This document shows positions 51,801-64,000 of a stretch of DNA of 64,000 nucleotides, piece after piece. The stretch is from Felis catus (taxonomy: Eukaryota). The stretch lies in the NCBI RefSeq assembly GCF_018350175.1, contig NC_058368.1, positions 123,320,001-123,384,000 of the forward strand. Reading direction: 5' to 3'. The notes beneath the pieces were generated by a model, which did not search any database, had not been told where the DNA came from, and saw only the letters and a list, made by a program, of their open reading frames with translations. The translations under genes were made by a program, and so were the position numbers. The stretch's first letter is position 1. Every line of letters begins with the position of its first letter.

Positions 51801-52628
51801 TTCCCACCTCCCCCCCTCATTTTCTCTCACAAGTGTTTGCTTTCACACATCTTTGCACATTTAAGCCCCTAAATTGGCCTCTGTTTCCAGAGAACTATTA
51901 AGACAGTCTCCATTATCTCCTCTCTCAGATCTGGGTGCATCCCCAAAGACTGAGTCAAAACTGACTCAGAATGTAGGAAGAGTCAAGCAACCCTATAGGG
52001 GAAGAGGACATGGGTCTAGTAGCCAAACCCAGCTGCTTCCGGAAGTGGTGCACAGGCTCCGAATCATGTTCCATGTTCAAACCCCTCCTCTTGAGAAGTG
52101 CTTTGTTATCATCATGTTTCACATACAAACTATATTCTGCATGCATATCATCTGACTTTCTCCACCATAGAAATGGATTCAATTTGTGCAACCAATGATC
52201 ACATTTATAGCAATGAAGGTATTGTCTTCAGTGATACTACCCGGGGAGTTTAAAAGATCTCTTTTAAATAAAGTTTTCATTTTAGAATAACTTTAAATTT
52301 TCAGAAAAATTTAAGAGATAGTATCAGTTTTCTATATCTTTTATCCAGTCTTTCCTAAGGTTAATACCTTATAGAACCCTGACAAACTTCTCAAAACTAA
52401 GAAATTAACATTGTTATATCACTATTAACTAACCTACAGGATTTATTTGGATTCCACAACCTTTTCCATTAATGTACTTCTTTTTTTTTTTTTAACATTT
52501 TTTAAATGTGGCACACTTTATTTCTTTCCTAAAACTTTTTAATTTACTTTTTTTTCCCCCCTGTCTCTTGCTTTCTCTACAGAAAAAATGGTGACGAATT
52601 TGATTTTGTGCATTTTGGTTACTGTTGA
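48755..52628 (+). CDS. Sperm-associated acrosin inhibitor-like Kazal-type serine protease inhibitor (88 aa)
   Basis: Exons 48755-48821, 49845-49882, 51071-51186 and 52583-52628 total 267 nt, GT-AG, phases 1/0/2. Translation: [88 protein letters not shown]. Six Kazal Cys, P1 Arg. Confidence 0.92.
49845..49882 (+). CDS. Acrosin-inhibitor-like coding exon 2
   Basis: ttgcag|AAACT...ATG|gtaagt; (E)[12 protein letters not shown]. Confidence 0.88.
50790..50985 (-). mobile_element. SINEC with a replaced central segment
   Basis: SINE tail and head are intact; the middle carries non-SINE sequence matching 52031-52068. Confidence 0.85.
51071..51186 (+). CDS. Acrosin-inhibitor-like coding exon 3 (Kazal core)
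   Basis: ttaacag|CCA...AAGAA|gtaagt; PQC...[23 protein letters not shown]. Confidence 0.93.
52583..52628 (+). CDS. Acrosin-inhibitor-like coding exon 4
   Basis: Long polypyrimidine tract then tacag; [14 protein letters not shown]-stop. Confidence 0.92.
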
Positions 52629-52944
52629 ATATTGATCACACTGTAGCTTTCATTGTCATCACATTTTGTGATACATTCCACAGCTATTTAGAATATTCTC
52701 AATCAGAGCCTTCAATTCATAGGTGACCAGGTACATCCTATGAACAGAAGATGAAATACAGAGCATTTAAACTTTTTTCCAACTCTACATTCCTGTCATT
52801 TCAGGATTTTTAATTCTCTATGTTCAATTATTCAATGATAATTTGAAAAACTAATGTCTTAATTGCATGTTTGATAGCATAAAAAGCAGCATAATTAAAA
52901 AAATAAATGTTTAACTCATTAAAATGTTTAATTGTTGTTGTCTT

Positions 52945-53180
52945 TCTTTTTTTTTTTTTTTAAATTTTTTTTTTCAACGTTTTATTTTTATTTTTGGGAC
53001 AGCGAGAGACAGAGCATGAACGGGGGAGGGGCAGAGAGAGAGGGAGACACAGAATCGGAAACAGGCTCCAGGCTCTGAGCCATCAGCCCAGAGCCTGACG
53101 TGGGGCTCGAACTCACAGACCGCGACATCGTGACCTGGCTGAAGTCGGACGCTTAACCGACTGCGCCACCCAGGCGCCCC
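52945..53180 (-). mobile_element. SINEC_Fc-type SINE
   Basis: TSD tgttgttgtctttctt. Confidence 0.95.
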
Positions 53181-53211
53181 TGTTGTTGTCTTTCTTAAAA
53201 TACCCTTTCTT

Positions 53212-53437
53212 GGGGTACCTGGGTGGCTCACTCAGTTGAGCATATGACTTCGGTTCAGGTCATGATCTCACAGCTGGGAGTTTGAACCCAGTATTGGGCT
53301 GTGTGCTGACAGGTCAAAGCCTGGAGCCTGTTTTGGATTCTGTGTCTCCCTCTGTCTCTGCCCCTCCCCTGCTCTCTCTCTCTCTTCCTCTCAAAAATAA
53401 ATAAAACATTAAAAAAAATTTAAAAATAAAATAAAAT
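53212..53437 (+). mobile_element. SINEC
   Basis: TSD taaaataccctttctt. Confidence 0.92.
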
Positions 53438-54144
53438 AAAATACCCTTTCTTTAACTGAGCCATGAGTTAAGACATGTGCATGCTTTTGGCAACTATTAT
53501 CAAAGCAATTTTCAGAGGTGAACAAGTAATATATTACATGAGTGTTTAACAAAAATACAGATTCTTGGGTCCTTTCTGTTTTAGACAATCAAAATTTCCA
53601 AGAAATGGAGGTCTGGGAAATTGAATTCTAGAAGCGCCCAAGGTTAATGTTATGGTCATGAAAGCTAGGCAATAAGAACTTAATTGTTTAGTTAATTAAT
53701 AAGAGCTTAAATTTTGTAATTGAATGAATTAAAGAATGTGCTCAAAGATACTGCAAGATTTCTAAGGCTTAGGAAATATTTATTGTATTATTTTCTTTCT
53801 CACAAATAAGTCAAGAGTTGAGTGAGTAATGCCAGATGATACTAGGATATCCATTGGTGGTGAAAGTCTGATGCTTTTCCTTTTCCTTCCGTCTCTCACC
53901 TAACAAGAACAGCTTTTAGCTAAGTGGCCAAATGCTCATTTCAAGCCTAATTTTGATGACAGAGATGTAGATTGACTACTGGAAGATAAGTATCAACCTG
54001 CCATACACAGTACATCAAGCATGCTCATTTTTGGTTAAAAGTTTTTTTCACAGTTTTATGGAAGTGTGTGATCTATGTAGGGGCTATTTCTTTGCTTAAA
54101 ATCTTTAGGATTAATTCTTAATGAAAATATCTGTTGGAACGTAC

Positions 54145-54336
54145 TTTTTTGAGAGAGAGAGCGGGAGAGAGAGCACACATGAGCAGGGGACAGGGGCACG
54201 GGAGATAGAGAATCTTCAGCAGGCTCCATTCTCAGTACAGAGCCTGATGTGGGGCTCAATCCCATGACCCTGGGATCACGACCTGAGCCGAAATCAAGAG
54301 TCAGATGCTCAACCGACTGGGCCACCCAGTCGCCCC
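54145..54336 (-). mobile_element. SINEC
   Basis: Reverse SINE ending cccagtcgcccc. Confidence 0.88.
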
Positions 54337-54439
54337 TGGAGTGTACAGTTTTTGAGTCATATTGTAAAAAAGCATTCAGTTTCATGACCTTATTCTTTAC
54401 AGAAATTTCATATTAAAAAATTGTTTTCAAAACGCAAAT

Positions 54440-55185
54440 AAATATCAAAATAAGATATCACCTCACACCCCTTCAGATGGCTACTATCAAAGAAGCAGAA
54501 AATAACAAGTATTGGCAAAGACATAGAGAAATTAGAACTCCTAGGCTCTATTGGTGGAATGTAAAATGGTACAGCCAGTATGCAAAACAGTATGATGATT
54601 CCTCAAAAAGTTAAAAATAGAATGATCATATGACCCAGTAATTTCACTTCTGGGTATACACATAAAGAATTGAAAGCAGGGAGTCAAACAGATACTCACA
54701 TACTCATGTTCACAGCAGCATTACTCACAATAGCCAAAAGGTAGAAGCAGAGCAAGCAGCCATCAGTGGGGGAACAGAGTAACAAAATGTGGTGCATACA
54801 TATCAGGAAATAGTATTCAGGAAGGAAAGTCTGACACAAGCTACAAAAATGGATAAACATTGAAAACATTATGCTAAGTGAAATAAGCCAGCTATGAAAG
54901 AATGAAGACTGTGATTCCACTTACATGGCGTACCTAAAGTAGTCAAATTCATAGAGACAGAAAGTAGAATGGTGGCTTCCAGAGACTGGGGGAGGGAGGA
55001 ATGGGGAGTTATGGTTTGATGAGTATGGAGTTTCAATTTGGAAGGGTGGAAAAAGTTCTAAAAATGGATATTTGTGAAGGTTGCACAACCATGTGAATGT
55101 ATTTATTACCACTGAACCGCATGCTTAAAAATGGTTATAATGGTCAATTTTATGTTACATATATTTTTTTACTGCAATAAAAAAT
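54440..55185 (+). mobile_element. Old L1M-type 3' fragment
   Basis: Degenerate ORF2 end and 3' UTR (attatgctaagtgaaataagccag...cttaaaaatggtt). Confidence 0.85.
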
Positions 55186-55224
55186 CCCGCAAAATTTAAA
55201 AATTTTTTTAAAATAAAGGAATTA

Positions 55225-55410
55225 GGAGCACCTGGGTGGCTCCGTCGATTAAGTCTCCAACTCTTGACTTTAGCTCAGGTCATGCTATCACGGTTCTTGA
55301 AATCAAGCCCCATGTCACTGTCAGCACAGAGCCTGCTTGGGATTCTCCCTCTCCCTTTCTTTATCTCTCTACCCCCCTCTCTCTCACAAGATAAACATTT
55401 TAAAAAAATA
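55225..55410 (+). mobile_element. SINEC
   Basis: Head ggagcacctgggtggctc; TSD aaaataaaggaat. Confidence 0.85.
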
Positions 55411-55957
55411 AAGGAATGAAGTACTATTAAATGCAACAAACTGGATGAGTTTTTTTCTGAAAGATGTTCATTAAGTTTCTCAACATCTGCCATGCAGTAC
55501 ATACGTAGTTTCTGGAAATTAGCATCCAGAGCCTGTGAAAATACATTAGCGATAGCCATCGTGGGGATACTGTTTCTCCCCACCCTTACCCTAAACTGGT
55601 ACACACCCAAGATCTTCCTCATGCCAGAATAAAGGCAGTGTTAGACCCAAAAATGGAATGTTTTTGTTTCAGTGCTCCCTCTAAGATACAGTTCACTTAC
55701 TGTTATATGTTTCTAGTGTTTGTGAGAGGAGTTCGCTTAAGAAACTAGGACTTTCAACATCCAGAAAGAGTTGGCAGGGCAGGTTTGCCAGTGGTGTCTG
55801 TGCTGAGAGTGGCTTAGCCAGTCCTCTTCAGAATCGCTGTCAGAATCCATTCGGGAAACCATCAAGGAAGGCAGACTTCAAGTTGTTGTTTTGACTGACT
55901 TCTCTCCTTGGTAGGATCCTAAAGACTCCAGGACAGACATGGCTTTCATCCCTAACT

Positions 55958-56225
55958 ACTTCTCCTCCTCCTTCTTCTTCTTCTCCTTCTCCTCCTCCTC
56001 CTCCTTCTTTTCTTCTTCTTCTTCTTCTTCTTCTTCTTCTTCTTCTTCTTCTTCTTCTTTTCAGGGAGAGAGTAAGAGAGAGCATGACCGGGGAAAGAGT
56101 AGATGATCTCAAGCAGGTTCCATGCCCAGAGCAGAGCCAAATGTGGGGCTTCGTCTCATGGCTGTGAGATCAGGACCTGAGCTGATAACAAGAGTCACAA
56201 CTGACTGAGCCACCCAGGTGGCCCT
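55958..56225 (-). mobile_element. SINEC with (TTC/TCC)n tail microsatellite
   Basis: Triplet repeat at 55958-56060 attached to a reverse SINE body. Confidence 0.85.
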
Positions 56226-58898
56226 CTAATTCCTTTTTCAGTAGTACTAATTGAGGCAAGATTTAGGCCTGATGTCCTCTTCTGTATTCTTAAAGGTGTG
56301 GAACGTGGCAGGGGAGGGAGGGGAGGCAGTGAGAGGAAAGCCTTCTAATTGCACCCAGTTACCTCATGCTCCTGCCAAATTCAACAGCTTGCTGTTCGCA
56401 AAACACTTTTCCCACCTCCCTGCATTTGCCCTTTTGCCCTCTCTCTCCAATCTCCACACGTCTAAATCCAACCCTCTCCTCCATGATTCCTTACCTAACC
56501 TTCACAGTTGTCACATGATTCCTTCCTCTTCCAGAACCCCATGGTGTTTTAGTGATGTCCAGTTTTTGGCATTTAGCATTTTCTACCTTGTAGTTTATGT
56601 ATTGATATTTTTACCTTATCTCCCTTACTAAACTCCTTCAAAACAAGGGTCTCTTGCTGATTTACCTTAGAACCCACTCCGGCCACACAAAATGTTAGTA
56701 TAGCATCTTTCTCATCATAGGAAGTCAGTAAATATCCCACAAATTACTGAATAAATGAATAAACCTATGGATGGATGCATGAAATCCTATCAGAGAAACC
56801 CAGCAAGCCTGGAAAAAGCTGTGCCACCATTAGTATTTCAAACGCTCCTGCTTCAGGCCTTGCCCTGCCCCTCTCACCTCTGCAGGAAATAGAGGCTATG
56901 ATGGGAGGATATGTCATCATCTTCAAACCTCTGTCTCTAGCCCTTGAGCCTCTGAAACAGTAAGGCCCATGGCCCCTCTCTGTACACATCCATCCCCGTG
57001 CCTCACAGTCACTTCAAACATGAAAGCCCAGAATCCACCAGTTAAGGAGGCTGAGTATAGATCACAACTTTTCCAATTGTTCCCTGGAGCCCTGTGGTTC
57101 CAAGAAGGAAACTGGGATGGCACGCCTTGGAATGCTCCCCACCCCCACCCACCCCCACCCCCCACAAGGACACTTGAATTCAAAGCACTGAAAAGTTCTG
57201 TGTCTTCCTCAAAACAAACACCAGGTGTCTCCATCACCCCGAGACATCCGCCATTACCACTGCCTCAGAATCTCCGTCAACATGCTGTCACTCAGCTGTA
57301 ATCAAGCCCTGGAATCAAGTCACTCTGCAGGAAACTCCCCTAACTGCCAGTCTACTGGCCAGTTTCTGCCAAAGGCAGACACGTCCCCCTCAGGCATGTG
57401 CTCAGCCACTCCCTCCAGAGGTTCCTCCCTGTCCCCTGGACTGCAGGGTCCCCTCCACACTTCCTCAGATGTTCCCTCACTTTGCCCAGGACAAAGTCAC
57501 AAAGAAAATGTAGACTAGTGTATATTTGCCCAAAACTATATTCTGCAAGTTAATTTTGCAAGGCATTCGCTTAGCCTCAGAGGTAGTACAAGTCCTCCAA
57601 GTGTGAGTATATGCCTACCTAAGAGATAGAAACTGGAGCTGCCAGGTAAGATAAATGCGTTGCTGTAGGGGCAATCCACAGGGACAGGGAGAGTCAGGGC
57701 TAGAATCCAGATTTTGTGCTGCTCTCCCCACCACTGTAAACACGGCTAACTTAAGTTGACCAGCTCTCTCATTTCAGGGAGATAGTCTCAGACATCACTT
57801 TTGTACAGACAAGCACTCTTGCACAGACATCACCTTTGCACAAACTTTATTGTCACATATATGTCACCTATGCACACTTCTCTCTATTGCACAGATGCTT
57901 ATGCAGAGACACTGCTGTTGCACAGTGGATAAGAGAATGGGCTCTGGGGTCTGCCCAGATTTGCATTCTAGGCACAGAATTAACTAGCTGTGTCAAGTTC
58001 CTTCACCTTATTAGGGAATAATAATAATAATAAGTCCCTTATTAGGGAACAGATTCCCCCATGTGTAAAGTGGATAGTTGAGAAAATTGCAAGAGATAAT
58101 CACAGCAGCATGTATAGTAGCTATTATTAAAGACAAGCTCTTTCCTACAGGTCAGCCATATGATAACTGCTCTTCCATCTTACTCCTAAAAAATAGTGCC
58201 GCTTTGGAGATGTGCCTACTGAACATCTTAGTAAAACTACCCCATTCATTATTTTCTCAGGTTAGTTCAAAGTTTTCATTCTAACTAAAGACATCTTAAT
58301 CAAGCTTTTGCGTTAATACATGGTCAGCTTACTGCACACACGTACACACACTCTTGCAATCCACAGCGTCCCTCTACACCTCACCCGACATCCCACTGCC
58401 CAGGGCACCCTGGGACCCCACCACATCCCTTTCCAGGTGTCAGTTAAGAAGGTCTCATCTTCTGTTTACCCTCAACTACCTCTTGAGAGATAATTAAATC
58501 TAATCTAACAAAGTGGCCTGGTAGACAAAAAAAAAAACCATAACCCAAATTGCTTGGTGCCCACAGGAGCTCCCCAATAATTAGCTCTATTCTCCCACAA
58601 CATAAGATGTGGTTTCCAGCCTCTGAAAACCATTTACTCTACTAAGATGGGATGTGTCGAACTCACAGAGCTGGGGAGCTACCACTCCCTGCCCAGAAGC
58701 TGTGCTTTCAAGTGGTTCAGTATACAACCACAAAACTACATCTATGCTTCAATCTGTGAATGCTGTAAAAAGTAAAAAACAAAAACAAAACAAAACAAAA
58801 AACCTCTACATTCCTTCAGATTCACCCAGACCCCCCTCCCCCCAAAAAAATCATCTATCTCACAGACTATCAGTAAAATAACTCAAAAAAGCCCAAAC

Positions 58899-59250
58899 AG
58901 GGACAACTGGCTGGCTCAGTCTGTAGAGCACAGATTCTTTATTAAAAATTTTTTTTAATGTTTATTTATTTTTTTGACAGACAGAGAGAGACAGTGTGAG
59001 CAGGGGAGGGGCAAGGAGGGGGAGAAACAGAATCTGAAGCAGGTTCCAGGCTCTGAGCTGTCAGCACAGAGCCTGATGTGGGGCTCCAACTCACAAACCT
59101 GAGTCGAAGTCAGATGCTTAACTGACTAAGCCAACCAGGCACCCCTGTAGAGCACAAGATTCTTGCTCTACAAGAAGAATAGAATATTCAGGGTCATGAG
59201 TTCAAATCCCACATTGGGTGTGGAGTCTACTTAACTAAAAAAAAAAAAAA
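58899..59250. mobile_element. Nested SINEs (minus-strand SINEC at 58940-59145 inside a plus-strand short SINEC)
   Basis: Inner TSD tgtagagcaca(a)gattctt; outer TSD aaaaaagcccaaa. Confidence 0.85.
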
Positions 59251-59851
59251 AAGCCCAAATAAAAATAGAATAAGCATTCAAATATACTAAAATCAAGTTT
59301 AAATACTTTTTTTACATTGTAACTCATTGTAATTAGCCAAATCCTTTTGCAATGTTCATATGTGATAGTTGGTAAACTGGCCAAGTTCAAGGATACGTCT
59401 CCCTATGAGTGGTAAGAATATATTACAATATCACTCTTCTGTCAAAGGTAAAATTCAATGCAGACAACAAAGGAAAGCCAACAAGGACTCTATTTTTAAA
59501 TGTCCAAAAGTATGGAGAATAATATGTGAACCCATCATATATGAACATATCTATCATCCAGCCCCCTTCACCAGTTAATTATCAAATTTTGCCAATTCAA
59601 GGACTTTTGAAAAGTAGGTTTATTTATGTCTTATACCATCATATACTAAAGTATATGTTTTAACAACAACAACAAAATAGCACTTGGTTGTTGTGAGGCA
59701 GAGGAAAGACTGAATTAGGTCTCAGAGGAATGAGAAGCACTATCTGTTTTGGCCAAGGGTATACTGCAGAAGTGTGTGGCCTTGAGTTCAAGTCCCTAGT
59801 CTCCAGATGCTAAGAGAAGCTGAGGAGAGGGATTCTAAAGGTCTAATCTCC

Positions 59852-59979
59852 AGGGTGCCTGGGTGGCTCAGTTGGTTAAGCATCTGACTCTTGATTTCTG
59901 CTCAGGTCATGATCTCACTTTGCGAGTTCAAGCCCCACATTGGGTTCTGTGCTGACAGTGTGGAGGCTGCTTGGGATTC

Positions 59980-60024
<45 letters not shown>

Positions 60025-60312
60025 GTCCTCTGCTTGTTCTCTCTGTCTCTCTCAAAAGAAATAAACTTAAAAATTTTTTAACTTATTTATTTTTTTTATT
60101 TAAAAAAATTTTCTAATGCTTATTTATTTTTGAGACAATGTGAGAGACAGAGTGCAAGCAGTGGAGGGGCAGACAGAGGGAGACACAGAATCTGAAGCAG
60201 GCTCCAGGCTCTGAGCTGTCAGCCCAGAGCCCTACGTGGGGCTCAAACTCACGAACCATGAGATCATGAGCCGAAGTCAGACGCTTAATTGACTGAGTCA
60301 CTCGAGCATCCC
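59852..60312. mobile_element. Tail-to-tail SINEC pair (+ 59852-60075, - 60085-60312)
   Basis: Two recognisable SINE bodies in opposite orientation. Confidence 0.88.
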
Positions 60313-60749
60313 TAAAAAAAATTTTTTTTAATAAATAAAGGTTTAACTTCCTACACTCCTGGGAAACAAGCCTCAGACAGCTCCAGCCCATCCTGGCTCT
60401 GACTCACTCTGAGTCGATCTTTTCTCTTCCATCTCCACTCACGCCCCCCCCCCCCCAGGCCTAACAAAAAGGAAATCAGCTATAATGCCAGGGCCGCGTC
60501 TGGCAAAGACTGTAATCTGGAGGAGACTTTAGATAGATATGGAAGGAATGCTAACATTTTCTGAGTGCCCACTGTGTCAGGGGTAACACATGACATCCGT
60601 GCTTCTTTGCCAGTGCTTCAGTTTCTAGAATTGAAGAGGCAACTACGTCCAAGTAGCCCAGATTAGTGAAAGAATCAGACTGCAAATGTCATCTCAGTCT
60701 AATGAAGAAAAGTGCGAAGTCTTCCATTCTTTCAGGAGGGATAAAAGGC

Positions 60750-62390
60750 TCACTCTATTATTTCTTTAAGTATTTCTTCTGCCACCTTGTCCCTCTTTTC
60801 TTATTGGGATTCCAATTACATGATGGTTAGTTAGTTCAGTGTGTCCCACAACTCTTAGATGAACTCCTCTGGGTTTCTTTCCTTCTTCCTTCCTTCTTTT
60901 CTTTGTTTTTTCTTTCTTTCTTTCTTTATGTCTTTCTTTCTTCTTTCCTTCCTTCCTTCCCTCCTCTCTCTCTCTCCATTCTTTCCTTCCTTCTTCCCTT
61001 CCTTCCTTCCTTCCTTTCTAGTCTTTGTACTTGTGTTTGGACAATTTCTACTGACCTATCTTTATGTTTCCTATTGAATAAAGTCTCCTAATGAGTCATC
61101 CAAGTTTTTAGTCTTTCAACATGATTTTCATCGCTAGCCTTTCTATTTGGTCCTTTCTTGTACTTTCTCTGTCTCTGCTGATATCCTTCATATGGCCATG
61201 CCTGTCATCCATCTTTTCTGCTAGAGACTTTAACATAGTCATCATAATTATTGAAGTTCTCTTTATGATAATCTAACATTTGAGGCATATCTGAGTTCAA
61301 GTCTACTGATTGCTTTGTCTCTTGACCATGTGATGTTTTTCTTTGCTTCTTTGTGAGTGTCATAATTTTCAAGACAGAAGACACTGAGGTAAATAGTCTC
61401 ATGTCTGGATATGTGGATAACTCTTCCTTTTCTAGGCATTTACTGTGAGGAAATGAGTCAATCTAGTCAGGAGTTAACCAGGGTTTGTATTTATTGTTGC
61501 TAGTTACCACTGGTACTCCTCAGGCTTTAAATTCCTCTGGCCTGACCTTGTGCTTATGGCTGGGGTTGGGTTACCAGAGTGTGTTTCTCAATGTTTTGTT
61601 CCACTTTAGCCTTAGCCTGAACCTTAGTGCGATTCTCTGTCCTCACTTTTGTCTCCTCCCCTCACCTCAGTAGTAGACTGCTATTATTTTTTACTCAGTT
61701 CTTGATGTCCTGGGGGTGGGAAGTGGGGAGACACTTTCTCATGTCCATATTCAGCCCCTATCTTAGGCAAACATGATATACCTTGGTCTCAGGGGTGGAG
61801 CCATGTCAGTGATCGTATCCCTCCCCTAGTGGCAGACGACTTTTTTCTTGTCTCTTCCCAAGAAATAGAAATAGAGTGTTGGTTTTTCTCCCTTCCCTTC
61901 TCAGGGCTACAGCGTGTCTTCACCGGTGCCCCGAGGGTTAGTATTTGCTGACCTTTCCTCAGCAGCTTAGGGTGTTTGTGAAGAAAATAGGAGTAAAGCA
62001 TCCTGGTGAAGTTTTGTGCCCTGCCCCCACCCCCCACCCCAGTGGTGACTGCTCTGCTCCTGGCATCAAAGAGGGGTTCTCCCCAGTCTTCTGTCTTACC
62101 TCTTAGGTCTCTCATGGGGAGGTCCACCGAGAAAACCTGCTAGCTAGTGCAAACTCTCCTTCTGTCTATACTTCCAAAGGGCTCTCTATCTGTCAGCTAA
62201 CTGCACATAGCCCTTAAGCAACTCATGTTAAAATTTTCCTGAATTCTTCTGATCACCTTCTATGATGTCCAGCACCTCTTCCTATCATGCTTTACTCCAG
62301 GTGAGCAAGCCCCAGCTCTCCTTGGAAGTATCTATCAACCCTCAGCTCTCAGCCTTCTCTGCTGACCTGCAGTTTCTGTTGAAAGCAACT
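60750..62390 (-). mobile_element. Old degenerate L1M 5'/ORF1-region fragment containing a (TTCC/TTTC)n tract
   Basis: Pyrimidine-rich, L1M-like antisense text; microsatellite at 60875-61018. Confidence 0.5.
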
Positions 62391-63557
62391 AAAAAATTTT
62401 GGAAATAGATACGGCACAACATTGTGAATATAATTAATGCCACTGGACTGTGCACTTAAAATGGTTAAAATGCAAACTTTATGTTATATATATTTTATCA
62501 CAATTTTAAAAATTAATAGCTATATATCAAAGACCATTGAACTATACATTTTTTATAGAAGTATATTCAGCATACAATGTTATATTAGTTTCAGGTGTGC
62601 AACATGATGGTCTGACAAGCCTGTACATTATGTTCACCAGGATAAGTGTAATTACCATCTGTCACCAAACAACATTATTATAATACTACTGACTGTATTC
62701 TCCATGCTGTAATTTTCATCCCCATGACTTATGTGTTTTATAATTAGAAGTTTGTACCTCTTAATCCCCTTTGCCTATTTCACCCATCTTCCCAATTCCC
62801 TCCCTTCTGGCAGCCATCAGTGTGTTCTCCATATTTATGATTCTTTTTTTGTTTTTTGTATGTTTGTTTGGGATAAAGATGTGGCATATATATATATGTA
62901 TATACACATATACATACAGTCGAATATGTATATGTATATACACATATACATACAGTGGAATATTACTCAGCCATAAAAAAAAATGAGAGCTTGCCCTTTG
63001 TGACAACATGAATTGCATACTTTAAGTGGGTATATAAATTAGATACCTCAGTAAAGGGGTTTTTAAAAAGAAAGAAATGAAATGGGGGGGGGGGTGCGGT
63101 CCCAGTGGTAGTAGTAGATAAAATGGAAGTAAGGTGGTTACTGATGTTACTGATCTAGCAAGGTCACATGAGACACAGAGCTGGGGGTTGGGGAACAGGG
63201 GGAGGGATGTCTGTTAGCTTCATTACCTAGAAAACCCATGACGTAGAAACCTGTAGCCCTAGACCACATCTAACTGACAGAATTAACAGCCAGAAAGTTG
63301 TGGTGGGTACCTCCTAAAAGTCTCTTCTCATGACAACGTTCAGAAATCAAAGAAGTTACAGTTATCCCTCTCCCACCTGCCCCACTTTGGGGAAATCCTG
63401 TTCCCACACGTCCGTCTTCGGTGGGAGGCAGGGGATGGGGGCACCCAAACCCCGTACCGCAGAACAGCAACAAAGCAAGCGCCCATTGTACTGCTGCTCT
63501 CCAGCCCAGCCTCTCTGCCCTGGCCCTTTGTGGAAAACTCATTACCACTAAATAAAC

Positions 63558-63762
63558 TAATTTTTTTAAGTTTATTTATTTTGAGAGAGACAGAGAGAGT
63601 GCAAGCTGGGGAGGGGCAGACAGAGAGGAAGACAGAATCCCAAGCAGGCTCCACACTGTCAGCACAGAGCCCGACACGAGGCTTGATCTCACAACTGTGA
63701 GATCACAATCTGAGCAGAAATCAAGAGCTGATGCTTAACTGGCTGAGCCATCCAGGCACCCC
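63558..63762 (-). mobile_element. SINEC
   Basis: TSD cactaaataaactaatttt. Confidence 0.92.
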
Positions 63763-64000
63763 TTATCACTAAATAAACTAATTTTAATCCCCTTTATCTG
63801 TCCCCTCCATTCTATCCCCACAGTGTCAGTTAATTCTGACCTGGACAACAATTTCCTAACTAGTCTCCCTGTCTGTTGACTCCCTCCCTCCTTCCTCCAT
63901 CGCTGGAAACAGTCTCACACCCCAAACATGAATTTGTGACTATCTTCTCCCATTTAGCAACCCCTCCTCAGTGAGCATTCATTCTAGGTAAAAATTGGGT

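Noticed and set aside
55840..56140. Poly-Arg and poly-Lys ORFs
   Set aside because: They are translations of a (TTC)n microsatellite in a SINE tail.
56251..57518. Cluster of 60-126 aa ORFs
   Set aside because: No recognisable domain or consistent exon structure; partly old L2-like or low-complexity sequence.
57600..59460. Isolated strong donor-like motifs (e.g. CAG|GTAAGA near 57645) as possible exons of a further SPINK gene
   Set aside because: No signal-peptide or Kazal-coding exon could be attached; could be non-coding but unsupported.

Overview
Mammalian genomic DNA from a carnivore, almost certainly a felid (dense SINEC/Can-SINEs and carnivore-type L1). It appears to be part of the Kazal-type serine protease inhibitor (SPINK) cluster; synteny with human 5q32 is inferred from gene content. 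Most of the supplied ORFs are spurious, and the real genes are spliced and were assembled by hand. All lie on the + strand with the same 4-coding-exon, intron-phase 1/0/2 layout. (1) A SPINK12-like gene (4536-20023) disabled by an in-frame stop and an exon-4 frameshift, with a near-full-length L1 in intron 2. (2) A MARCOL gene (30157-39218) whose long Gly/Ser/Gln/Lys repeat exon splices in frame onto two Kazal exons. This predicts an intact 266-aa secreted repeat-plus-Kazal protein lacking the Cys1-Cys5 pair, and is the most interesting item in the window. (3) An intact 88-aa sperm acrosin-inhibitor-like Kazal gene (48755-52628). (4) A probable decayed paralog of gene 3 at about 43480-45390. 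The rest is L1 fragments, solo LTRs, about 30 SINEs and microsatellites. Gene names come from remembered sequence similarity, not from a database search.
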